From positions 56,201,129 to 56,243,774 of the forward strand of contig NC_068996.1 of the NCBI RefSeq assembly GCF_001194135.2: DNA of 42,646 nt. Reading direction: 5' to 3'. The notes beneath the pieces were generated by a model that saw only the letters and a list, made by a program, of their open reading frames with translations, had not been told where the DNA came from and did not search any database. A program made the translations under genes and the position numbers. This document shows, in pieces, positions 24,621 through 37,790 of this stretch (positions within the stretch are counted from its first letter, which is position 1; each line of letters starts with the position of its first letter). The DNA is from Octopus bimaculoides. Lineage: Eukaryota.

Positions 24621-25269
24621 AATGTATGTATATAGCTTATGTCAGTGGACTTATGCACAAATGTTTCACAGGTAGTGCAAATGCTTTACTGAGTTTAGTG
24701 GTGACGGCAGTTGAATTGGACATGTAGTGGTGGTGGCAGTGGTGGTGGCAGTGGTGGTGGTAGTGGTGTTGCAGTTAGGGTGAACTAGGTGTTTCAGAGA
24801 AAGAGAGAGAGAGAGGCCAATATGAGTATGAATAAAGCCAAACCAAGCATGAATAAATCTTGTAAGGTGCATGAATTCAGCATGGTGCATGTGAATCCCA
24901 AAGCGTGCAACAGCATAATTGTATAGACATGTGCTTCAATGTGTTTGCTTGTGTGTGTGTGTGTGTGTGTGCGTGCACGTGTGCATGTGTCAGTGTGTGT
25001 GTTTCCACACGTGGTGTGTTTTTATGTCTATGTTTGCGTATGCACGTGTATGTACATACTTATACCTGTACTTATATTTGTGAATATGTGCATATGAATG
25101 ACTGTATATGTATGTGTGTGCACATGTGTTAATATATTTTCATACATACATATCTATATGTATATATCTATCTATCTATCTCTCTCTCTATATATATATA
25201 TATATGCACACACTCATAAAGATATATATGAAACGTAAAGTATTTACCATTTATACATACATATAGGCA

Positions 25270-25351
<82 letters not shown>

Positions 25352-25418
25352 GAGAGATCGCTAGATAGATAGGTAGATACACACATGCTTATACACACAC
25401 ACACACATACACACACAC

Positions 25419-25469
<51 letters not shown>

Positions 25470-27351
25470 NNNNNNNNNNNNNNNNNNNNNNNNNNNNNNN
25501 NNNNNNNNNNNNNNNNNNNNNNNNNNNNNNNNNNNNNNNNNNNNNNNNNNNNNNNNNNNNNNNNNNNNNNNNNNNNNNNNNNNNNNNNNNNNNNNNNNNN
25601 NNNNNNNNNNNNNNNNNNNNNNNNNNNNNNNNNNNNNNNNNNNNNNNNNNNNNNNNNNNNNNNNNNNNNNNNNNNNNNNNNNNNNNNNNNNNNNNNNNNN
25701 NNNNNNNNNNNNNNNNNNNNNNNNNNNNNNNNNNNNNNNNNNNNNNNNNNNNNNNNNNNNNNNNNNNNNNNNNNNNNNNNNNNNNNNNNNNNNNNNNNNN
25801 NNNNNNNNNNNNNNNNNNNNNNNNNNNNNNNNNNNNNNNNNNNNNNNNNNNNNNNNNNNNNNNNNNNNNNNNNNNNNNNNNNNNNNNNNNNNNNNNNNNN
25901 NNNNNNNNNNNNNNNNNNNNNNNNNNNNNNNNNNNNNNNNNNNNNNNNNNNNNNNNNNNNNNNNNNNNNNNNNNNNNNNNNNNNNNNNNNNNNNNNNNNN
26001 NNNNNNNNNNNNNNNNNNNNNNNNNNNNNNNNNNNNNNNNNNNNNNNNNNNNNNNNNNNNNNNNNNNNNNNNNNNNNNNNNNNNNNNNNNNNNNNNNNNN
26101 NNNNNNNNNNNNNNNNNNNNNNNNNNNNNNNNNNNNNNNNNNNNNNNNNNNNNNNNNNNNNNNNNNNNNNNNNNNNNNNNNNNNNNNNNNNNNNNNNNNN
26201 NNNNNNNNNNNNNNNNNNNNNNNNNNNNNNNNNNNNNNNNNNNNNNNNNNNNNNNNNNNNNNNNNNNNNNNNNNNNNNNNNNNNNNNNNNNNNNNNNNNN
26301 NNNNNNNNNNNNNNNNNNNNNNNNNNNNNNNNNNNNNNNNNNNNNNNNNNNNNNNNNNNNNNNNNNNNNNNNNNNNNNNNNNNNNNNNNNNNNNNNNNNN
26401 NNATGTATATATATATATATGTATATACAGTCATTTTTTTCTTTATTTTTCAGAAATGTAATTGACTGGCTGGTTGTTTGGTTGGCTGACCGGCTGTGGT
26501 CAGCCGGTCAGCTGGTCAGCTAATCAGTTTGTTTGACAGATGCATAAGATAGATGGGATGTGAAAACAGAAGCGTGTGCACTTGTGTGTGTGTGTGTGTG
26601 TGTGTATAGCGACTGTTTGCAGTAGCAAAGGACCATAATGCCAGCAACCGGCCGCGGCAGCAGCAACAGCAGCAGCAGCAGCAGATTCAGGAACCGGTAG
26701 CAACAATGGTAGCTGCAATACAAGTAGCAGCAGCAGCAGCAGAAGGAGGAGGAGGAGGAGGAGGAGGAGGAGGAAGTAGGGGTCGTTGGTGGTGACAGAA
26801 AGCCAAAATTCATGCAACTCAAACTAAATGCAACAATGACAACAACTACAACAACAACAACAGTCATCCCAACAATCAAGATTAACCAGTGTGGGAACCC
26901 CTACATGGTGCTATTGATCTGCTAGTAATAGCAGCCGAGTGACAGCATTTCATCTTAAAATATGAAGAATATATTGGATAATATAGTCTGTAGTATACTC
27001 TTCCTGAAAGAAAAAGTAAAAAACAGGATGGTCATGGATGGTATGCCTTTGATCATTGGTCTGCTTAATCAGGATTGACTTGGGGCTGTAAAAAAATAGC
27101 GACAAAATTGTTTTGATTATTTTTAGTCAATTTTATTCATTTTATTTATATTTATATTTTCATTATTATTTTAGAAAAGTAGTTTAGGATGGGAAAAATA
27201 GTACCACCACCAACACCAACACCATAGCAACCTTACAAGAGAACCTCTAGCTGTGTGTCCTGCTAGAAATAACAGTCTAATGTAGTGCTAGATATCTCTG
27301 AAATGATGGAACAGTCATGTCTGGAATGTCTTTGATTATGTACCTACACAG

Positions 27352-27384
<33 letters not shown>

Positions 27385-27761
27385 CTCCTGTGTTTTCTCT
27401 TCATTTTCTTTGTTTTTGTGTTGCCATTTACAAAAATGTCTCTGGGATGAACAGGTTTGCTTTGGTATTCCACATATTTGTAGACCATTCCCACTTTGGT
27501 CATTCTGCCAATATATTTAAAGCGGTATCTGACTACACTGTTAGAGACGGACACACAGTCAGATGGATGGACATATGGACAGACAGACAGACCGGCTGAT
27601 TGGTAAGCAAGCAATCATGTAGGTAGGTAAGCAGGTCCGTATGGACGTTGAGTGATGGGTGGGCAGGTAAAGTGTTTTACCTATCTATCTATCTATCTAT
27701 CTAGCTAGCTAGTTAGCTAGCTAGCTATCTATCCATCTATCTATCTATCTATCTATCTCTG

Positions 27762-28165
<404 letters not shown>

Positions 28166-28239
28166 CATAAATAAATGAATATATAGATATAGATATAGAT
28201 ATATCACACATGCACACACACATATATACATATATATAC

Positions 28240-28270
<31 letters not shown>

Positions 28271-30084
28271 CTGAGAGCAAGAGATAGAGAGAGAGAGAAT
28301 AAGCGAGAGAGATAGACTGATAGATAGATAGACTGATAGATAGGCAGATTGGTAAGGTAGATAAGATAAGTTGGGGCAGCAAAAAGAAAAAAAGGATGAA
28401 AGAAAGACAAAGAAAAAGGAACAAAATGAAGATGAAAGAAAGAGAGAAAGAGAAGAAGAATGAAAGAGATTAGACAAAGAAAGAAGAGAGAAATAGAGAA
28501 AGAAAGTAAGAAAGAAAGTAAGAAAGAAAAAAAGATAATTAAAATAAGAGAAATGACAGAATGAATTAACTGAAATGAAATGAAGAATGAATGAGAGAAA
28601 GAAGGAAACAGAAAAGGAAAGGGCTGAAGGATGAATGAAAAGATTTGCTGGGTAGGAGGGGTGGGGCAAAGGTAAATGTTGTTATTGCTGACGTTATTGA
28701 GGGAGTCATCAGTAATGCTTTGTGTGTATGTATGTGTGTATGTGTGTGTGTATGTATGTATGTGTGTGTGTGTGTGTGTTTATATATATATAGATATATG
28801 TATATATATGTGTGTATGTTTATGTTTGTGCATGTGTATGTGTGCATGTGTCTGTTTGTGTGTGTGTGTGTGTGTGTATGTGTGTGTGTGTGTGTGTGTG
28901 TACATATTTCTTGATTTCATTCAGATTTGCTCCAAGACAGACCTGTATCTCTAATCTGTCAGCCAGTTTGTCTGTCTGTCTATCTGTTTGTATCTCTCTC
29001 TCTCTTTCTCTTTGCCTATATATATATAGATAGAAGATAGATTGATAGATAGAGAGATAGAAAGGTAGATAGACAGATAGATAGATAAATTGGTCTGTCC
29101 TGATGAAGCAATCCCAGGTGTAATCAAAGAATGGTTTATCAATCTAGTTGTGACCATCCCATCTATTTTTTACTTCTTTTCTAGGACTTTGAACACCCAA
29201 TATATTCTATTTTTAAACCGATAAGGATGTCTCTCTTTTTCTCTCTCTCTTTCTTTCTCTCTCTCTTTCTTTCTCTCTTGCTTTCTCTCTCTCTCTTTCT
29301 CGTTCATTGGTATGTATTCATGACAGACAAAGAGGGTGCTGTGGTGTTAATCATGACGATGTTGATGATGAAGATGACGATGATGACAACGATGTCAATT
29401 ATAATGATAAGGATGTTTATGGTGATGACGGCGATGACAATGATGAGGATTAATCATCAGAATCAGAGTAATAAATATTCTACATACGTCCCTGGTTAAT
29501 TGCATGCTTTCTACCTCTACTAGAAATATTGGTTTCAAATTTTGGCACAAAAACAGAAATTTGGGGTGAGGTGTGTGTGTGTGTGTGGGGGGGTAATCGA
29601 TTACATTGACCCCAGAGCTCAACTGGTTTTATTTTATCGACCCTGAAAAGGTGAAATGCAAAGTTGACCCTGGTGGCATTTGAACTTAGAACATAACGTA
29701 GAAGAAATGCTGTTTAATGTTTTACCATTTTTGCTGCCTTATTGTATGAGAAATATTTCATTAAAACTTTCTCATCACCGATTTTTGTTACCATTTCTTT
29801 TATTGTTTTTGAGTTTTTGGTTGTTTATAATTTTTATTATTTCTTAATTTCTATTACTTTGAAATTTAATTTTGTCTTAAATATTTTCTTTCTTTTTAGT
29901 TTTTACAGCAGGAATGACAGAATGGAAGGATTTCCAGATGGGTTCTATTTGGTTTTATTTGTGNNNNNNNNNNNNNNNNNNNNNNNNNNNNNNNNNNNNN
30001 NNNNNNNNNNNNNNNNNNNNNNNNNNNNNNNNNNNNNNNNNNNNNNNNNNNNNNNNNNNNNNNNNNNNNNNNNNNNNNNNNNNN

Positions 30085-30117
<33 letters not shown>

Positions 30118-30128
30118 CACACACACAC

Positions 30129-30160
<32 letters not shown>

Positions 30161-30720
30161 AAGATAAAATTATTAAAATGATTTTATCAGTGCCCAGTGT
30201 ATAATAACCACCATATTGGTAAAATTAATATCTAAATATATAATTATAAATATATAATTAGAGTATATAATCATAAATATATAACTAAAGTTGTTTGTAG
30301 ATATTTGACATCTATTTCTAGCATAGAGTTCTCTAGTCATTATATTTGCTCTGGTACTATTCTGACAATAAGCACATGTCTGAGATGGGCAATTAGAATT
30401 CCTAATATACACGTGGGAAATGTATGTATATATTAGTATTTGTACGCAAGTATTGTTATTGGTATGTACATACACATTTCACTTATATGTGGTTGTTATA
30501 TTCTACTGATGAGTGTAAAGTAATTTTTATTACAAAACACAAAATCTTAACATACAGAGTTGTCCGAAATCTTCTTCTATTTCCCTGCATACAGCCTTGT
30601 GCCAAAAGGAGAACAAATTTAGAGTGACTTGTAGACATTTGACATCTATTTCTAGCATGTTGGCGTTGTCCCTCCAGCGCCCTTAATTATAATTATATAT
30701 TTATAATTATATACTTAAAT

Positions 30721-31165
30721 CATCAACATCATCGTTTAACATCTGCTTTCCATGCTGGCATGGGTTGGACGGTTGACTGGGGACTGGCAAACCAGATGGC
30801 TGCACCAAGCTCCAATCTGATTTGGCAGAGTTTCTACAGCTGGATGCCCTTCCTAACGCCAACCACTCAGACAGTGTAGTGGGTGCTTTTACGTGCCACC
30901 GGCATGAAGGCCAGTCAGGTGGTACTGGCAATGGCCATGCTCAGAATGTCATATTTTACATGCCACCTGCACAGGAGCCAGTCCAACAGCACTGGCAATG
31001 ACCACGCTCAAATATTTTTTCACATGCCACCGGCACAAGTGCCAGTAAGACAACGCTGGTAACAGTCACTCTCAAATGGTGCTATTTACATGCCACTGGC
31101 AAGGAAGCCAGTCAGCTGCTTAGATGGTGCTCTTAGCACTCCACTAGCATGGATGCCAGCCATCG
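30721..31165 (-). mobile_element. RTE-tail element with internal tandem sub-repeats
   Basis: Conserved 'catgctggcatgggttggacgg...ctggatgcccttcctaacgccaacc' block, then several 'gtgccac(c)ggca...ctggcaatg(g/a)ccac/tgctc' units. Confidence 0.8.
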
Positions 31166-31256
31166 AATTTGATTTCGTAAATATATACATATATATATAT
31201 ATATATTTAAGTATATAATTATAAATATATAATTATAATTATATATAATTATATAC

Positions 31257-31345
<89 letters not shown>

Positions 31346-32005
31346 CAGGGTGCAGTGAATAAACTGTCACCTAAATTACACAAAAACAAAAATAACAATG
31401 GTGTCTTATTTTATCAGATATATTTACCAAAATTGCATAAAAATATCTTGAAATACTAAAGAGTAAATTGATTCAATAAAATTGCCAATGGCTTCAACCT
31501 TGACCTCTAGATAACTTCGGAATCTCCTGCAACTCTTCTGGACGCTCTCTTTGTTTAAGTTGGTGAATGCTGCCATAATCCTTGCCTTCAGTTCATATTT
31601 GGCATTACAAGGAATTTTGTTGGTCTTTTGCTCAACTGCACCCCACACATAATAATAAAGGGTGGGGGATTGCAGTCTGGAAAGTTAGGTGACCCGATGT
31701 TAGGGGGTGATGTGGTTGCAGGAATTGTCTGACAGCCATGAATGGGTTCTCTTACTTGTGTGGCATGGTGAAGAGTCCTGTTTCCAGACATAGAGTCTTC
31801 CAGCAGCCACCCTCTTGACCCAGGGCTGCATTAGCTCCTCCAGACACTTGATATAGGCCTCTGTGTTGAGTGTGAGGCTGTGTGGGAAGATGAGTGTAAG
31901 CATAATATCGCCATCACTAGTGATCACTCCAAACAGCATGATGTTGTTTTTTTCACAGACAAATGTAAAGATATAAAATGGCAACAATTTACCCATCGCA
32001 CCTTA
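31346..32005 (-). mobile_element. Tc1/mariner superfamily, maT (DD37D)-like internally deleted transposon
   Basis: C-terminal transposase only: IMLFGVITSDGD...YVWKQDSSPCH...SPNFPDCNP...WGAVEQKTN...CRRFRSYLEVKVEAIGNFIE. TA at both ends. 26-bp TIRs match at 17/26 and all 9 differences are transitions. Confidence 0.85.
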
Positions 32006-32094
32006 TATATATATATATTAATAACAATAATATGACAACAAAAGAATGAATGAGACCTCAATATTATGTAAATAGAGGAATTTATCTATCAGTT

Positions 32095-32150
32095 AACTGA
32101 TGAGACGCTGGAGCAGACTTCAGCCCCAGCATGCGAAACTCTGAGTTTTA
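32095..32150 (+). ncRNA. Diverged type I hammerhead motif
   Basis: UAA-CUGAUGA-G...GCUGG/CCAGC...C-GAAA-CUC-U-GAG-UU|UUA. Stem I is only 3 bp and the base of stem II has mismatches. Confidence 0.5.
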
Positions 32151-32459
32151 TTATGACAATCAACTAATTGTCACATATTATATTTATAGATATATATAAT
32201 ATACATATTATATATATATAGGAATTTATCTGTAAAAATATGTGACAATTATTCAGTAGCCATGATAAAACTCCGAGTTTCAGATGCCAGGGTGGAAACC
32301 CACACCGCCATCTCATAGCTCTTTTGTCTTAATAACGGTCAACCACACAGTAATTTCCTTTTGTTTAACGGTCATTTTCATAGCAATNNNNNNNNNNACG
32401 GTCAACCACACAGTAATTTCCTTTTGTTTAACGGTCATTTTCATAGCAATTTTCAATGG

Positions 32460-32527
32460 CCAGATAACTGAAGAGATGGCAGCGTGGGTTTCCGCCCCAG
32501 CATCTGAAACTCGGAGTTTTATCATGG
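32460..32527 (+). ncRNA. Type I hammerhead motif with 1-nt loop III (dimer-type)
   Basis: CCAGAUAA-CUGAAGA-GAUG...CAUC-u-GAAA-CUC-G-GAG-UU|UUAUC-a-UGG. Stem I is 8 bp with one bulge; predicted cleavage triplet GUU at 32516-32518. Confidence 0.7.
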
Positions 32528-32617
32528 CTACCGAATAAGTGTCACATATTTTTACAGATAAATTCTGCTATATACATAATATCAAAGTCTCTTTCTTTCT
32601 TTTGTTGTCTTTTCTAT

Positions 32618-32660
<43 letters not shown>

Positions 32661-32710
32661 CACATACATACACATATATATATATATTTACATATATATA
32701 TATATATATG

Positions 32711-33040
32711 AAGGCACATGACTCAGTGGTTAGAGCATCAATCTTATGATCGTGAGGTGTGAGTTTGATTCCTAGACAGGGTTGTGTGTTGTGTTCTTGA
32801 GCAAGACACTTTATTTCAGGTTACTCCAGTTCACTCAGCTGTAGAAATGAGTTGCAATGTCATTGGTACCAAGCTGTATCGGCCCCTTTGCATGTTTTCC
32901 TTGGAGAACATTGGTGGCGTGGAGTAGGGAGACTGATATCCATGGGCAACTGTTGGTCTTTCATGAAAACAACCTTGCCTGGACTTTGGAGGGGAATTTT
33001 CTAGGTGCAAGCCCATGGTCATTCATGACTGAAGGGGGCC

Positions 33041-33045
<5 letters not shown>
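32711..33045 (+). mobile_element. tRNA-derived SINE, further family
   Basis: 'ggcacatgactcagtggttagagc...gagtttgattcc' A/B-box head, a body, and a (CA)n tail. Confidence 0.75.
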
Positions 33046-33080
<35 letters not shown>

Positions 33081-33564
33081 TAGTTCAATCCAAGTGAAAA
33101 AACAATTACCTTCAAAGGGATGGAAAACATCCAATTTTCACTGGTTCTTCAGTCAAATACCACAATATTGGTAGAGAAAACAAATCAGAACTTAAAATAG
33201 TATAATTTCAATATATAAATATTAAAAGAAATAGAGAAATACGATTGACATATTAAAAATTTATCAACATTATGATATAATATAGTTATAATATAAAAAA
33301 ATATAAAATAATATAACAAATAAGTAAAACCAATATATATCCTACAATTTGCTAAATCATAAAATAAACCCTGTTTTATGATTTCGCAGTCCTTGCATGA
33401 AATTTTTTCTATTTTTTTGACAAATATTACCCTGACGAGATTCATATGCTTAAATGGGAATTTTTTATAAATTCACTATCGGATATGAATTGAAGCAAAT
33501 TGTAGGATATATATTTGTTTTAATTATTTGTTATATTGTATTATATTATATCTATCCTTTAATA

Positions 33565-33603
<39 letters not shown>

Positions 33604-33715
33604 TTTGGGTATGGCAGATGAGTTCAGCAAAAATTTAGATGAATATGGTACTTAAATTGAGGCACCAGAATTTTGTATGGTATTATCCATATAATTTCAA
33701 AGTAAGGTGATTAAA

Positions 33716-34044
33716 ATCAAAATAAGCAACAAGGATATCCAGAGGTAATGCAGTACGATCGTTTTAAGCAGCTCCATTTAATTGAACAATGCAATCATTG
33801 CATCAGCCTAAGCTGAAGTGAAGGCAGCATGTTCTCTGTGTTTCTCCTTACCTTTCTGGAGATATTAAGTAAAATTATACTAATGTGTCCATCTGTTATA
33901 ATTTAATTAAATTCTATGTCTTTTTGCAACAGAGGATTGCTCTGCATTTTAAATTGATGTAAAGATTGCATTGTTCAATTAAATGGAGTTGCTTGAAACG
34001 ATTGTACTGCATTACCTCTGGATATCCTTGTTGCTTACTTTGAT
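33716..34044. mobile_element. Fold-back element with about 90-bp inverted arms
   Basis: 33716-33805 'atcaaaataagcaacaaggatatccagaggtaatgcagtac...' matches the reverse complement of 33955-34044 with only a few mismatches. Confidence 0.8.
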
Positions 34045-34295
34045 ATATATATATATATATGTATGGCTATATATATGTCTATATGTCTATGTAACATATA
34101 TATGTACACATATATATATATAAATATATGTATATGTGTGTGTGTATGTGTATGTGTGTGTGACATGGAAGAAACAAGTCCCATAAATACCTGAAGTTAT
34201 CAAGTCTTCAGAACAAAGTATCATAGAATGTTTGTAGCAGTAATCGTCAAAATTGTACTTTAACTTGTGTATTCGATGTTGGCATGGATGTTTTA

Positions 34296-34369
34296 ACAGG
34301 ATCCCTTGATTTACAGGATCCCTTGATTTACAGGATCCCTTGATTCACAGGATCCCTTGATTTACAGGA
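34296..34369. repeat. 17-bp minisatellite (ACAGGATCCCTTGATTT), about 4.3 copies
   Basis: Units start at 34296, 34313, 34330, 34347 and 34364 (partial), with one T>C variant. Confidence 0.95.
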
Positions 34370-35699
34370 CCACATCTTACTCCAGTGTCTCTGTTTATAA
34401 ATGGTTTTAACAGCCTGATGCCCTTCCTGACACTTGTCATTTTCATCAACATCATCATCGTCAGCATTACCACCACCATCATCATCATACCACTCACTCA
34501 TGTGTATACAGACACACAGACAAACACATCATCATCATTATTGTCGTTATTGTTCTAATGTTCTAATATCCATTTTTTGAAGATTGCAAGGGAGAGACAG
34601 AATTTGTTGAAGCAAATTTTCTACAACTGGATGCTCTTTCTATCACAAATCCTTACCTGTTTCCGTGTAAGGCAATATTTTCCTATGGTCAGACATGTTT
34701 ATATTTCATGAGAAATTGGAGATGATGATGATGATGATGATGAAGAGGAGGAGGAGGAGAACGATGATGATGATGACAACAACTACCACAACAACGACGA
34801 TGACCACAACTACGACAATGACCAAAGCCACGACAATGACCATGATGATGATGACAACGATGATGATAATAATACTGATGCTGAAATAACTTTAGGAAGT
34901 TGTGAATGGTAGAATATTGCCAATTCTTTGTATAAACATTCTATGGTACTCTGCCCTAAAGACTTGGAAACTTAAAGACGTTTTAGGGACATATTTCTTC
35001 CATTTTGATTATAGAGGATTCCTATTTATTCATTTGTTTTCATAATAATATTATTAAAATAATTATTGTAAAAATGGTCCACTTGTCATTTCACCCAACT
35101 TGGAGGGAGTTAACCAACAGTAGGTAAGTGATTAACAGCCACAAGTGAATTAGGAGGAATCAACTTCAAGAATGACTCAAGTTTCAATTGTTTCATTTGG
35201 TTTTGCTGATATTCGATTACAAATCCTTTTAATTATTGAAGACAATATTGATGAATATCAGTTTCTATTGACGAGCAAATGCATCTAATTATGTTACCAA
35301 ATATAAACTCCTGTATAACGGAGAGAGTTTGGATTTCTTGGTCTTGATTCCTCCTCTTCCTCCTCCTCCTCCTACTACTACTACTACTACCCACCCCACC
35401 CTCCACCACTACAACCACCACCACCACCACCACCACCATCATCATCACTAACTTTATCTTTTATTTCTTCTTCACTCAGCACTTTGTACTCAGGGTCACC
35501 ATCTGCGTTTTCTCACCAAGATCTGATTTCATCATCTGTTACATCTGTCATCATTTGTCACACCTGCTTCTTCCCATTTCTGAATTATTCAATAAATATT
35601 CCTTGCTTCAAATTATACATAACTTTCCCCCACCCAACCCCCCAATCATTGTCTAATGTTGTAAATTTGTAGTTCCTTCCATGAAGCTTCAAAGATGAA

Positions 35700-36630
35700 C
35701 ATTGCAGATAGACTTGCAGTTATAGTTCTTTATTTACTGAGAATTCTTTGTCTTTGGGTCTTTCCCAAGACTGACTGTCTTCTACTACCATGAAAACTTT
35801 TAGCAGTCTACAATCATATCTTGGTCCATTGGTTGGACTGTGGAGGTAATAAACAGAGTCAAAGACATCTCACATTATTCACCATCATTCCTGAGACATT
35901 GGTAACCACTTAAGTGAGAGGGTGCATTATTTAAAATAATCAATAAATTGCACCTTCATGCATTTAGTGCAGCATTTTAGGATAATTTTGTGGACTTTGT
36001 GAACTGCAAGAATGAAATTGAGAAAAACAATCATTAAAGACATGCAGGTCTTTGATCTCTATGATTTCTTTGAATGGTAATAAAGCACTGATTGCTGGTG
36101 TATTATGTCTTTAAAGACTCACAGATGAGCTGATCTTCCACTCACTTTAAAAGAGGACATGCTGTTTGAACACAATCTCAAAGAAAGTTCCTTATTTAAT
36201 ATTATACAACCAGGTTGGGAACTTCATCTTTAAATGATTAAGTATTCTGTGATAGTGAGCACCACCAATAAAACCTAGTTTTATTGTGTCCATCACACTT
36301 AAGTCATTTAAATTCTTTCTGGATGGTTCCATTTTCTTGTTGACAACCAGTGATGATAATGAAAATGAAGAAGATGGTGGTGAAGGTGGTGTACTGTCTG
36401 TTTCACTTGGAATTTTTATAATCCATTTCATGGCAATTTCCAAATAGCTATTACCACCTTTCACAAGTTTTTGGAAGTCCTGATGTCCATAAACCTAACT
36501 TGTTTGATGGCAGCACATTGAATTTTAACACCACAAATGTTTTCACAGAATTGGTGATGGATAAATCAATTCCTCACAGCCTTCTCAGGATTTTCATCTT
36601 TAAAACTCACATTAGCTTCATTGCACTAAT
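35700..36630 (-). mobile_element. Fossil pogo/Tigger (CENP-B HTH plus DDE_1) transposase
   Basis: Minus-strand motifs in the expected order: DENPEKAVRN*FIH...ICGVKIQCAA (HTH, about 36600-36510), NKTRFYW (decayed DETGL-W, about 36285), LLIILNNAPSH (about 35946-35914) and TVQPMDQDMI (about 35845-35812). Many stops and frameshifts. Confidence 0.8.
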
Positions 36631-36632
36631 AG

Positions 36633-36830
36633 ATGATGATTTCGAATTTGCATCTACATCATCATTTAATGTCTGTTGTCCATGCTGGCATGGGTTAGAT
36701 GGTTTGCCTGGGTTGGTACATGGAAGGCTACGCCAGGCTCCAGTCTGATTTGGCATGGTTTACTATGGCTGGATGTCCTTCTTAATGCCAACCACTCCGA
36801 AAGTGTAATGGGTGCTTTAATGTGCCATGC
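36633..36830 (-). mobile_element. RTE-tail element inserted in or next to the pogo fossil
   Basis: 'gatgatgatttcgaatttg...catcatcatttaatgtctg...ctggatgtccttcttaatgccaaccactccgaaagtgtaatgggtgc'. Confidence 0.75.
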
Positions 36831-37790
36831 AATCATTTAATCTTAGCCTTGTGTATACTTGAAACTTTCATGCTTTAGCATCATATTCGTCACAAAATCT
36901 TATCACTGAATCCTCAGCCCTTCATTGTAAGTTCCAGTTCCAGGCATAGATATGGTCACATGATTCTTCTTTAGATAAATACTCTCTCTTAAAGCTGAGA
37001 CGTAAAATACAAAACTGAAAGATGTCCAAGACTGAAATACCAATGGAAATTGCAGGGCACAACAAGATATGCTGTTGTGTATGGTGGTTATTGTTACAGT
37101 GTGCACTGAGCCACAATGCTGAAAACATTTTGCATCATTCAAAAATGGATGGAAAACTTTAGTCTATTTTGGTCAATTTCAACCTCACATACTATTTGCT
37201 TCTAAAAGTATATTACTGCATTGGAAAACAAATTACTAACAGGTTACATCACAAAATTCAGCTAATGAATTTTTAATAAATTTGGACATGTGAGTGCTCT
37301 CACAAAAATGAAGTGTTTTTTAGAAGGGAGTGTGAAAGAGAATAAGAAAGGACAAGTCTTATATAAATAACAGTCTCAATATAAATAGAGAGAAGACAGA
37401 TGGAGGGATATGAATGAATTTGAATTGTAGGTAAATTAAGTGGCTTGTTAGTTACAAGCAAGTTTGGAGTATTACAAGGAAAGATTATATTCCATGGAGA
37501 GTAGTGCAAAAGTGAATAATAAACAGGATACGTATCATGTGAATGTCACAAGTATTCACTCCTTAATTTTATCACCTTCTCATTATCCCACCATCAAGCC
37601 AATACATATTACAAGACAACTAGCTGTAGGCTACGGCTGTACAGTTTTATATTAGAACAGCTGCCGTAACAGTCCATAGCAGGAGACATAAAAATTCGTT
37701 TCTCATTATGATGTGTGGTTATTTACATTGTTGAGTGATTTCAATATTTTAGAGTGAATTTATTTCCGTTGGTGGGTGTGTAGTACTCAC

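Larger units (their letters stand above)
32024..32620. mobile_element. Nested fold-back element with three HHR-derived copies (putative Penelope-like pseudo-LTR array)
   Basis: 32024-32088 is inverted to about 32556-32620, and 32220-32316 is inverted to 32472-32566. 32090-32190 is a diverged direct copy of 32460-32560. TA tracts lie at both ends. Confidence 0.75.

Noticed and set aside
8164-26461. Long ORFs in the track (200-400 aa) around the N-runs
   Set aside because: They are open only because N codons and TA/CA/TACA repeats lack stops; they have no protein-like content.
26620-26795. Poly-Q/A/G open frame (AKDHNASNRPRQQQ...GGGSRGRWW) after a possible acceptor
   Set aside because: It is built from CAG/GCA/GGA triplet repeats like many others in the window; there is no domain and the donor is weak.
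29100-29165. CTGATGAAGCAATCCC as another hammerhead
   Set aside because: No GAAA/helix III/NUH at a suitable distance; at most a decayed remnant.
32335-32450. 53-bp direct repeat separated by 10 Ns
   Set aside because: Exact copies abut a placeholder gap; likely an assembly overlap.
34296-34369. CRISPR-like array
   Set aside because: Head-to-tail repeats with no spacers, in a eukaryotic context.
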